A DNA stretch of 64,000 bases from an uncultured Endomicrobiia bacterium. GTDB lineage: Bacteria > Elusimicrobiota > Endomicrobiia > DTEH01. The stretch spans positions 18,251-82,250 of the forward strand of contig CALDDQ010000011.1 in the NCBI GenBank assembly GCA_937936785.1, in the 5' to 3' direction. Positions within the stretch are counted from its first letter, which is position 1. The number at the start of each line of letters is the position of its first letter. A program made the translations under genes and the position numbers. The notes under the pieces were generated by a model, which ran no database searches, was not told the DNA's origin, and worked only from the letters and a program-made list of their open reading frames with translations. Shown in pieces: positions 56,478 to 64,000 of this stretch.

Positions 56478-56483
56478 AAATAT

Positions 56484-57662
56484 TTATAAACATTTTTTTA
56501 TTCTTTCTAGTGCTTCTTTTATCCTTTCCTTAGAGACAGTCAAAGCAAATCTTACATATCCCTCACCACTATCACCAAAACCATGTCCAGGAGTGCAAAC
56601 TACACCTACAGACAAAAGTTTTTCTGCAAAAGAAATTGAATTAAAAGATGAAGGCACTCTACTCCATACATAAAAAGTTGCTTTTGGTTCTATTACGTCA
56701 AGACCTAATTGTTTTAATCCATTAACCAAAACATCTCTGCGTTCTCTATAAATTTCTCGCATCTGTGCCACACAATCTTGTGGTCCTGTTAGTGCTGTAA
56801 TAGCTGCATATTGTATCGCATTAAAAACTCCAGAATCATAGTTGTCCTTCACTTTAGCAAGACCATCAATAATTTTTTTGTTTCCACAAATCCATCCTAT
56901 ACGCCAACCTGTCATATTATAAGTTTTAGAGAGAGAATGAAACTCTATTGCCACATCAATAGAACCCGGAATTTCCAAGAAACTTATCGGCTTATTATTT
57001 TCATCAAAATATATCTCTGAATATGCACAATCATGTGCAACAATTATGTTATGTTCTTTAGCAAAAGATACAACTTTAACAAAAAATTCTTTTGTAGCAG
57101 TTTGAGATGTTGGGTTGTTAGGATAATTTATAAACATTAACTTTGTTTTTTTTAAAATATATTTAGGAATAGCATCTAAATCAGGTAAAAAATTATTTTT
57201 TTCCAGTAGCGGCATAAAATATATTTGTCCACCGGCTAAAATTGTTGATGAACTATAGACAGGATATCCTGGTTGTGGAACTAAAACATATTCGTTCGGA
57301 TTAACAAATGCTAATGGTAAATGTCCTATACCTTCTTTTGATCCAATAAGTGAATATATTTGAGTTTCTGGGTCTAATATTACATTAAACCTTGCCTTGT
57401 ACCAACTTGCAACTGCTTCACAAAAAAAATTTATCCCACGACCAAATGGATATTTATGATTTTTTGAATCCTCAACAGATTTCTGCATTGATTCTATTAT
57501 GTGTTTAGGAGTAGGCAAATCAGGATCCCCTACTCCTAATGAAATTATATCCATACCTTTTTCTTGCAAAGATTTCTTTCTTTTATCTAGTTCTATAAAC
57601 AAGTATGGAGGTAACTTTTTTATTCTCCTACTATATTTTATTTTTATTAAATCTTTCTTCAT
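56484..57662 (-). CDS. Class I/II aminotransferase, LL-diaminopimelate aminotransferase-like
   Basis: 392 aa; N-terminus LPPYLFIELDKRK, NYPNNPT, and the PLP lysine SLSKTYNMTGWRIG. The DapL-subtype assignment is from memory of the YLF..ID N-terminal motif and is not verified. Confidence 0.6.
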   Translation of the reverse strand: MKKDLIKIKYSRRIKKLPPYLFIELDKRKKSLQEKGMDIISLGVGDPDLPTPKHIIESMQKSVEDSKNHKYPFGRGINFFCEAVASWYKARFNVILDPETQIYSLIGSKEGIGHLPLAFVNPNEYVLVPQPGYPVYSSSTILAGGQIYFMPLLEKNNFLPDLDAIPKYILKKTKLMFINYPNNPTSQTATKEFFVKVVSFAKEHNIIVAHDCAYSEIYFDENNKPISFLEIPGSIDVAIEFHSLSKTYNMTGWRIGWICGNKKIIDGLAKVKDNYDSGVFNAIQYAAITALTGPQDCVAQMREIYRERRDVLVNGLKQLGLDVIEPKATFYVWSRVPSSFNSISFAEKLLSVGVVCTPGHGFGDSGEGYVRFALTVSKERIKEALERIKKCL

Positions 57663-57668
57663 ATAATT

Positions 57669-58136
57669 TTAATTCCTTTCTTTTAAATTTAGTTTCATAA
57701 CAATTGCATCTTCTCCATCTGAATAAAAATTTTTTCTAATCCAAAAATTTTTAAATCCAAATTTTTCATAAAAATTTCTCGCACCAAAGTTTGATTCTCT
57801 AACTTCAAGATATACATATTTAATATTCTTTTCTTCAATACTTTTTAACAAATAATTTAACACCTTTTTTCCAAAACCAGACCTCTGAAACTCTTTTTTT
57901 ATTGAAATGTTTATTATATTAATTTCATCTTCAACAATTCTACCACACAAATAACCCGATATAATATTATCAATTTTTAATATATAAAAGAATCCTTTAC
58001 CACTTCTGGAAATTTTTAATTCAGAAAAAAAATTTTCTTTACTCCAGGGATATTTAAAATTAACCTTTTCTATATTATATATTTCATCAATATCTTTTTC
58101 ACATGCAGAACATATTGTAATATTATCATCTCTCAT
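57669..58136 (-). CDS. rimI: GNAT N-acetyltransferase, RimI-like
   Basis: 155 aa; acetyl-CoA motif FQRSGFGKKVL; 4-nt overlap with pdxA. Confidence 0.7.
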   Translation of the reverse strand: MRDDNITICSACEKDIDEIYNIEKVNFKYPWSKENFFSELKISRSGKGFFYILKIDNIISGYLCGRIVEDEINIINISIKKEFQRSGFGKKVLNYLLKSIEEKNIKYVYLEVRESNFGARNFYEKFGFKNFWIRKNFYSDGEDAIVMKLNLKERN

Positions 58137-59173
58137 AAATTACACAAATTGTTTAATAACTCTATACAAAACATTGTTGGATTTATATCTGCAACATTTT
58201 TTCTAGCAATATCAAACGCAGTCCCATGTCCAGGAGAAATTCTTACAAAAGGCAACCCAATAGTAAGATTTGCAATATTGTGCCCACATAAAAGTTTTAA
58301 TGGGACCATGCCCTGATCATGATAAGAACATACTATTAAAACATTGTTCTTATTTTTAGCATATTCAAACGCTTTCTCTGTTAAAATTGGTGATATAATT
58401 TTATTTTTTCTAAGTTTTGTTTTTAGTTTCTCAACTACCTTCTTAAAAATAATCTTTTCTTCTGTTCCTATTTTTCCTTGTTCTCCATTGTGCGGATTTA
58501 ACCCACAAATTAAAATCTCAATATTCTTTTTATAAAAATAATTTTCTAAATATTTTACTGTATTAAAAATTTGGTTTACAATATCTTTAAAACTAAGATT
58601 TTTTGAAATATATTTTATAGGAATGTGACGAGTTAATAATAAAACATTATATTTGCTTTTGTTATTTTTATCTTTGCCAATCATCAACATCGAATAATTT
58701 TTTATACCAAAGTGTTTTGTGATATATTCAGTATGCCCTAAAAACTTATTGCCTATTACTTGGGTAATATAATCTTTTGACACTGGCATAGTAAGAAGAA
58801 AAAAATTTGTTTTATTATTTGCTTGTAGTTTTTTAATTATATAAATTGCTTTGTTTATGTAAGAAATTGCAGAAAAGCCAGTTTTTTTACTTAAAAAACT
58901 GTTTCTATAATTAAAATTTTTCTTATTTTCAGTTTCTATACACAAAAAACTGTTATCTGGAATGATAATTGATAAAGAATCAAAAATAAAATCTTCAGAT
59001 ATAAATATAGGATTTAAATTTATTTTTAGATGTTTTAAATAATAATTAACAAAATATTTTTCTGCAATTAGAACCGGTATGAAGTTGTGTATTTGATTTA
59101 TTATTTTAAATATTACTTCGTAGCCAATACCTGCAGGATCTCCAGCAGTGATAAGTAAATATTTTTCACACAT
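58133..59173 (-). CDS. pdxA: 4-hydroxythreonine-4-phosphate dehydrogenase
   Basis: ITAGDPAGIGYE, FLGHTEY, GLNPHNGE and RISPGHGTAFDIA. It lies directly downstream of the surA-like gene, the classic surA-pdxA linkage. Confidence 0.88.
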   Translation of the reverse strand: MCEKYLLITAGDPAGIGYEVIFKIINQIHNFIPVLIAEKYFVNYYLKHLKINLNPIFISEDFIFDSLSIIIPDNSFLCIETENKKNFNYRNSFLSKKTGFSAISYINKAIYIIKKLQANNKTNFFLLTMPVSKDYITQVIGNKFLGHTEYITKHFGIKNYSMLMIGKDKNNKSKYNVLLLTRHIPIKYISKNLSFKDIVNQIFNTVKYLENYFYKKNIEILICGLNPHNGEQGKIGTEEKIIFKKVVEKLKTKLRKNKIISPILTEKAFEYAKNKNNVLIVCSYHDQGMVPLKLLCGHNIANLTIGLPFVRISPGHGTAFDIARKNVADINPTMFCIELLNNLCNL

Positions 59174-59201
59174 TTTAAAACTACTATTGAAAAAATCACA
59201 T

Positions 59202-60257
59202 TTAATCTATGGGAGAAATATTTTTAATCACAGATTGTTTCTTTAGATTCTCTATATATTGTTCGTAATATTTTTCTGAATTTTTTGTGTATACATATTG
59301 TAAAAGATCCTGTTTTATATCATCAAAATTAGGACTTCTTTTTTGTTTTCTTTCAATCAATCTTATTATATGATAACCATATTCTGTAGTTATTACAGGA
59401 CTTACTTCTCCTTCTTTCAATGCAAAAGCTGCTTTCTCAAATTCAGGCACCGTATCTCCGCGTGTAATAAAACCTAAATCACCACCACGTTCCTTACTAC
59501 CTGGATCCTCAGAATATTTCTTTGCCAATTCAGAAAAATCTTCTCCCGCAACAACTTTTTTTCTTATATCTTCAATGGTCTTTTTAGCTTTTGCTTTTTC
59601 TTCTTTAGTATCATTTTTATTACTTCGTATTAAAATATGTCGCACTCTAACTTGTTCATCAAAATATCTTGATACTAACTGTGACAACAGTTTTATATCA
59701 TCATTTAAATTTTTTGCAGAAATCTGATTTGAAGAATTTATCACTGCAATTATTTTATCATAAACTTCTTTAGCTTCTGTTTCTGTTGGTTGAGGAACTT
59801 TTTTCTTAACTTGTTCTTCAATAAGTTTTAATTGCATAAGCTGATTTGTGATCCGTTCCTCAAACTGTTTTTCAGTGAGGTTCTCTTTCCTTAGTTCCAT
59901 CTTAAATGCTTCATCACTCGGGAATCTTGATTTTACCATATTAATACCTTCTTCAATTTCTCTGCGATTAACCTTGATTTTTTGTTTTTTCGCTTCCTGA
60001 ATTAAAAGTTTGTCTATAATAAGTTGTTCCAAAATCCTTTCTTTAAGTTCTTTTTCTTTTTCAGGTGTTTGTTCTTCCAGCGGTGTTATCTGTTTAAACT
60101 GTGCCATAGTAGCATTAAATATTTTATCATATTCAGATTTTAAAATATTTTCATTATTAACTTTCACAATAACTTTGTCAACAACATTCGAAAACAACAT
60201 CGTTCCAGTTGACATCGTTAACACAAATACTAATATTATTGCAATTTTTCTATTCAT
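59202..60257 (-). CDS. SurA-like periplasmic chaperone / parvulin-type peptidyl-prolyl isomerase
   Basis: Signal peptide, a SurA-N-like helical region, and the parvulin domain VRVRHILI ... GGDLGFITRGDTVPEFEKAAFALKEGEVSPVITTEYGYHIIRL. Confidence 0.85.
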   Translation of the reverse strand: MNRKIAIILVFVLTMSTGTMLFSNVVDKVIVKVNNENILKSEYDKIFNATMAQFKQITPLEEQTPEKEKELKERILEQLIIDKLLIQEAKKQKIKVNRREIEEGINMVKSRFPSDEAFKMELRKENLTEKQFEERITNQLMQLKLIEEQVKKKVPQPTETEAKEVYDKIIAVINSSNQISAKNLNDDIKLLSQLVSRYFDEQVRVRHILIRSNKNDTKEEKAKAKKTIEDIRKKVVAGEDFSELAKKYSEDPGSKERGGDLGFITRGDTVPEFEKAAFALKEGEVSPVITTEYGYHIIRLIERKQKRSPNFDDIKQDLLQYVYTKNSEKYYEQYIENLKKQSVIKNISPID

Positions 60258-60326
60258 ATTTTTATCCCTCTTATAAATTAAAAATTTAAGTTATTTCTTA
60301 TTAAATACATAAAAGAAAAAAATATT

Positions 60327-61055
60327 TCAATAGTTTGTTATTATTTCTAAAAACATATCTTCCAGAGAATCATTTTCCCATTCAGACTTATTTATTATTC
60401 TTAACAATTGTCCTTTGTGAATAATACCAACTCTATCACAAACTTTTTCTAATTCAGAAATTAAATGGGAAGAAAAAAATATCGTTTTGCCATCACTTTT
60501 TAATTTTAAAACTAAGTCACGAATTTCTTTTATTCCTAAAGGGTCCAAACCACTTGATGGTTCATCTAAAACTAAAAATCTCGGTTCATGAACAAGTGCT
60601 TGAGCTAATCCTAATCGTTGAACCATTCCTTTTGAATATTCTAAAACTTTACGTCTTATGCTATCATTTAATTTTACAAAACTAATTATTTCTTCAATCT
60701 TATTTTTACTTACACCACCAGCAACATCTGCATAAAAAGTTAACAAATCGTATCCTGAAAATTTTTTATTAAAACTAACTACTTCAGGCAAGTAACCTAT
60801 GTCTTTATTTAATCTCCAATCTGGAATTGTTTGACCTAAAATTTTTATAATACCACTATCTGCAAACAATAGCCCAAGAAGTAATTTTATAGTAGTAGTT
60901 TTACCTGAGCCATTAAGTCCTAATAATCCAAAAATCTCGTTTTCATATATCTGAAATACCAAGTCTTTTACACCAACAATTTCCTTATTTCCCAAAAATA
61001 ATTTTTTATGATAAACTTTAGATACATTACTAAATTCTACTACTATAGAATTCAC
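60327..61055 (-). CDS. ABC transporter ATP-binding protein (ABC-2/DrrA-like), no adjacent permease
   Basis: Walker A GLNGSGKTT, the variant signature YSKGMVQRL and Walker B LVLDEPSSGLD. Confidence 0.85.
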   Translation of the reverse strand: MNSIVVEFSNVSKVYHKKLFLGNKEIVGVKDLVFQIYENEIFGLLGLNGSGKTTTIKLLLGLLFADSGIIKILGQTIPDWRLNKDIGYLPEVVSFNKKFSGYDLLTFYADVAGGVSKNKIEEIISFVKLNDSIRRKVLEYSKGMVQRLGLAQALVHEPRFLVLDEPSSGLDPLGIKEIRDLVLKLKSDGKTIFFSSHLISELEKVCDRVGIIHKGQLLRIINKSEWENDSLEDMFLEIITNY

Positions 61056-61082
61056 AAAATTTATCTCCCAGAACTAAAAAAA

Positions 61083-62669
61083 TTATAGTTTTATAAATTT
61101 AACTCTTGTAACTCCATCCATATTACTTATTTTATCTAACACATCTTTTTTTATTTCACTATCAACATTTATAAAAGTCATTGCACGACCACCTTTTTTA
61201 TCTCGTGCAACAAACATTTTTGCAATATTTATCCCGTTTTCTCCAAGTAATGTCCCAACTTTCCCTACAATACCAGGTTTATCTGTGTTTGAAAAAGATA
61301 AAATATAACCCACAGGTTCTATGTCAGAATAAATATTGTCAATTTCCACAATACGCAAATTCTTTTCAGAAAAAATTGTTCCTAATATAGAAGTAGTTTC
61401 TTTATCTGTAATAACTTTTATTGAAACAGTTTCTTTAAATTCTTTATTTTCAGAAACTTTAGTCTCAACAACTTTTATACCACGTTCTTTTGCAATTACT
61501 GGTGCATTTACTAAATTTAAATCAATGTCTACAAAACAATCTAAAAATTTTTTTATATAAGATGCTGTTAGAATGTATGAGTTCAATTTATGAAAATCGC
61601 CAATATACTCAATATCAATTTCTTTTACCCCACCTTCAACAAATTGTCCCTGGAATGAACCTAATTTTTCCATTAAACCAACGTATGGTTGCATCTTTTT
61701 ATAAGTATCCAAATCACAACTTGGAATATTTACTGCATTGCGTGTTATACCACTAAAAAAATAATCTATGAGCATATCTGCAACTTCATTTGCAATTTTT
61801 GTTTGAGCTTCTTCTGTTGCTGCACCAAGATGAGGTGTCACAACTACATTAGGTAATTCAAACAATTGTGAAGATGTTGTTGGCTCTTTATCAAAAACAT
61901 CCAAAGCTGCAGATGCTATTTTACCAGATTTTAATTCTTCATACAAATCTTGTTCATTAACAATCCCACCTCTGGCACAATTAACTATTCTAACTCCATA
62001 CTTCATTTTGGAAAAAGTTTCTTTGTTTAACAAATTCTTTGTTGATTCAGTTTTTGGCAAGTGCAAACTTAAAATATCTGCTTCACACAAAACTTCATCT
62101 AAAGATTTTATCTCAACACCAATCTGTCTTCCATATTCTTCAGAAACATAAGGATCATAAGCAATAATTCTCATTCCAAAAGACAACATTCTTCTTGCAA
62201 CTTCACTACCAATTCTTCCCAGTCCTAACAATCCTAATATTTTTCCTTGTAGTTCGCTACCAATAAATTTTTCCCGATCCCAGATTCCTGATTTTAATAA
62301 AGCATGTGCTTGTGGTATATTTCTCATCATAGAAAGTATAAGTCCTATTGTATGTTCACAGGCAGATATTGTATTCCCGCCAGGAACATTCATTACAATT
62401 ATACCCTTCTTAGTGGCTGATTTTATGTCAACATTATCTACACCAGTTCCTGCTCTACAAATTACTTTTAATTTGTCAGCGTTGTTTATTACTTGTTCTA
62501 TAACCCTTACTTCAGAACGAATTAATAATGCATCATACCCTTTTATTAAATTCATAAAATCTTCTGAATCTGGTTTTGGTTTTATATCAATTTGTACTTG
62601 TGGGTGATTCAACAACTTTTCCAAACCTTCAGTATTTTTATATGTCATTAAAATTTTTATTTTGTTCAT
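61083..62669 (-). CDS. serA: D-3-phosphoglycerate dehydrogenase (long form with ASB/ACT domains)
   Basis: 528 aa; the NAD motif GLGRIGSEVA, the catalytic region NCARGG...TPHLGA, and a C-terminal ACT-like domain. Confidence 0.92.
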   Translation of the reverse strand: MNKIKILMTYKNTEGLEKLLNHPQVQIDIKPKPDSEDFMNLIKGYDALLIRSEVRVIEQVINNADKLKVICRAGTGVDNVDIKSATKKGIIVMNVPGGNTISACEHTIGLILSMMRNIPQAHALLKSGIWDREKFIGSELQGKILGLLGLGRIGSEVARRMLSFGMRIIAYDPYVSEEYGRQIGVEIKSLDEVLCEADILSLHLPKTESTKNLLNKETFSKMKYGVRIVNCARGGIVNEQDLYEELKSGKIASAALDVFDKEPTTSSQLFELPNVVVTPHLGAATEEAQTKIANEVADMLIDYFFSGITRNAVNIPSCDLDTYKKMQPYVGLMEKLGSFQGQFVEGGVKEIDIEYIGDFHKLNSYILTASYIKKFLDCFVDIDLNLVNAPVIAKERGIKVVETKVSENKEFKETVSIKVITDKETTSILGTIFSEKNLRIVEIDNIYSDIEPVGYILSFSNTDKPGIVGKVGTLLGENGINIAKMFVARDKKGGRAMTFINVDSEIKKDVLDKISNMDGVTRVKFIKL

Positions 62670-62718
62670 CTTTAGTTACTCCATAATTTTTTATCTTGTG
62701 ATTAAAATTTAGAAAAAT

Positions 62719-63855
62719 TTAACCAAGCATTTCTTCTAAAACTTTTGTCCCACTACCAAGTTCTATTTTATACCCTAACTTGTTTATTACAATTTCTAAT
62801 CCTGATATTGCCACTATTAAATCAAATCTATCAATGTAACCCATGTGTGCTATTCTAACAATTTTACCTTTTAATTTATCTTGTCCTCCAGCAATTGATA
62901 TTCCAAATTCTTCTCTCATAACTTTTACAACTTTTTGTCCATCAATACCTTCTGGCATCAAAACTGGTGTCAAAACTGTACAAGTAACATTTTCATCAGA
63001 AAACAATTTTAACCCCATAGATTTTACTGCTGCACGACATGCTAAAGATAATTTTTCATTTTCAGCCCAAATTTTTTCTATGGTTTTTTCTTTTATCAAC
63101 TCTAATGCTTTGTGCATCCCAACCACTAAAGATACCGCAGGTGTAAAAGGTGTTTCTTTGTTAGCAACAGATTTTTTCATCTTTTTCCAATCAAAATAAA
63201 ATTTTGGTAATTGAGACTTTTCCACTAATTGCCAAGCTTTTTCACTAACTGTAACAAAAGATAATCCTGGTGGACACATCAAACCTTTCTGCGAACCAGT
63301 TACTGCAACATCAACTTTCCATTCATCAGTTAAAAACTTTTGCCCTGATAGACCACTAATAGTATCCACTACTAAAACTGCCTGTGTAGCAGAAACAATT
63401 TTTCCTATAGTTTCAATATCATTAACAACTCCAGTAGAAGTTTCTGTGTGCGTGGTAAAAACTGCTTTAATATTTTTGTTTGCATCAAGAATATTTTTTA
63501 TATCTTTTGGATTTACTGATTTACCCCATTCAACATCAATTTTGTTAACTTTAACTTTATATGATTGACAAATTTTTTCCCACCGATCACCAAAATTTCC
63601 TGTTGAAGCAACAATAACTTCATCTCCATCAGAAAGTAAATTTACCACAGAAGATTCCATAGCACCTGTTCCTGAAGATGTTACCATTAAAACATCATTT
63701 TTTGTTTGAAAAACATATTTCATATTTTCTATCACTTCAACAAAATATTTTCCAAATTCAGTAGTCCTGTGATGTAGTATTGGTTGTGCTTCTGATAAAG
63801 ATACCGAAGGTGGCACTGGAGTTGGGCCTGGTGTTAACAAAAAATATTTTTTCAT
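62719..63855 (-). CDS. Class V aminotransferase (serine-pyruvate/phosphoserine aminotransferase family)
   Basis: 378 aa; LLTPGPTPVP and the PLP lysine TGSQKGLMCPPGLS. Adjacency to serA suggests the phosphoserine aminotransferase role. AAGGAG SD upstream. Confidence 0.85.
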   Translation of the reverse strand: MKKYFLLTPGPTPVPPSVSLSEAQPILHHRTTEFGKYFVEVIENMKYVFQTKNDVLMVTSSGTGAMESSVVNLLSDGDEVIVASTGNFGDRWEKICQSYKVKVNKIDVEWGKSVNPKDIKNILDANKNIKAVFTTHTETSTGVVNDIETIGKIVSATQAVLVVDTISGLSGQKFLTDEWKVDVAVTGSQKGLMCPPGLSFVTVSEKAWQLVEKSQLPKFYFDWKKMKKSVANKETPFTPAVSLVVGMHKALELIKEKTIEKIWAENEKLSLACRAAVKSMGLKLFSDENVTCTVLTPVLMPEGIDGQKVVKVMREEFGISIAGGQDKLKGKIVRIAHMGYIDRFDLIVAISGLEIVINKLGYKIELGSGTKVLEEMLG

Positions 63856-63906
63856 TTCTTAATCTCCTTAAGATTTAATTTAATTGTTAGGGAACAAAGT
63901 AAACTA

Positions 63907-63936
63907 AAAAGATTGTGAAAAAATTCACAATCTTTT
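63907..63936 (-). promoter_or_regulatory. Perfect 13-bp-arm palindrome containing TGTGA-N6-TCACA (CRP-type site and/or intrinsic terminator hairpin)
   Basis: The sequence is AAAAGATTGTGAA-AAAA-TTCACAATCTTTT, with core 63914-63929 = TGTGAAAAAATTCACA. It is centred about 66 nt upstream of the ATG at 63855. On the minus strand the stem is followed by TTTTTAGTTT, so it could also terminate a gene beyond the window end. Confidence 0.4.
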
Positions 63937-64000
63937 CAACATTATACAATAGAAAATTCTTTTTGTCAAGTTTAGATATAAAAAATATTCTTCAACATCA

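Noticed and set aside
1-64000. CRISPR arrays, prophage or integrative elements, transposases, toxin-antitoxin pairs and known defence systems.
   Set aside because: I saw no direct-repeat/spacer periodicity and no integrase, recombinase or transposase motifs. No tRNA-flanked island is present, since the single tRNA is flanked by coaX and nupC. I also found no small overlapping gene pairs of TA type.

Overview
This is a very AT-rich, tightly packed bacterial chromosomal segment (composition judged by eye, not computed). I call 61 protein genes and one tRNA. All but three genes are on the minus strand, and many neighbours are separated by 0-6 nt or overlap by 4 nt. SurA, an outer-membrane-like beta-barrel protein, an O-antigen-ligase/TPR protein and DUF374 point to a diderm organism; I cannot assign a taxon from sequence alone.

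Most of the content is housekeeping:
- Nucleotide metabolism: purD-purM-purN-pyrG; purS-purL-purQ-purF; a guaB3-like gene with guaA; dcd; nrdJ; a nupC-family transporter.
- Secretion: yajC, an HD-domain gene, secD, secF.
- DNA and RNA enzymes: recG, pcrA/uvrD, an rlmD-like methyltransferase, cca, gatC, rimI.
- An Opp/Dpp-type peptide ABC importer whose binding-protein gene lies 34 kb away, next to a pair of M16 peptidases.
- Cofactor and amino-acid genes: coaX, folK, pdxA, serA, a class V aminotransferase, a dapL-like aminotransferase, and an Orn/Lys/Arg decarboxylase.

I saw no CRISPR array, integrase, transposase, rRNA or long repeat.

The parts worth a second look are:
1. A 462-aa ORF (24983-26371) that reads as a single-chain archaeo-eukaryotic primase. 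It has PriS-like motifs I-III fused to a PriL-type cysteine-rich C-terminal domain. It sits in a housekeeping array and is translationally coupled to a DUF457/YdjM-like membrane hydrolase, just downstream of a Crp-family regulator.
2. A minimal microcompartment locus (one BMC-H shell gene plus pduL) next to tpiA, with no pentamer or signature enzyme in the window.
3. An orphan AmmeMemoRadiSam-type radical SAM gene with a hydrophobic N-terminus.
4. A perfect TGTGA-N6-TCACA palindrome upstream of the aminotransferase-serA pair. It matches the RETVSR recognition helix of the Crp-family protein encoded in the window.
5. Tandem NrdR-type boxes overlapping a consensus-like promoter, followed by a leader of about 240 nt, upstream of nrdJ.

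All functional calls rest on motifs I recognised by eye. No database search was run.
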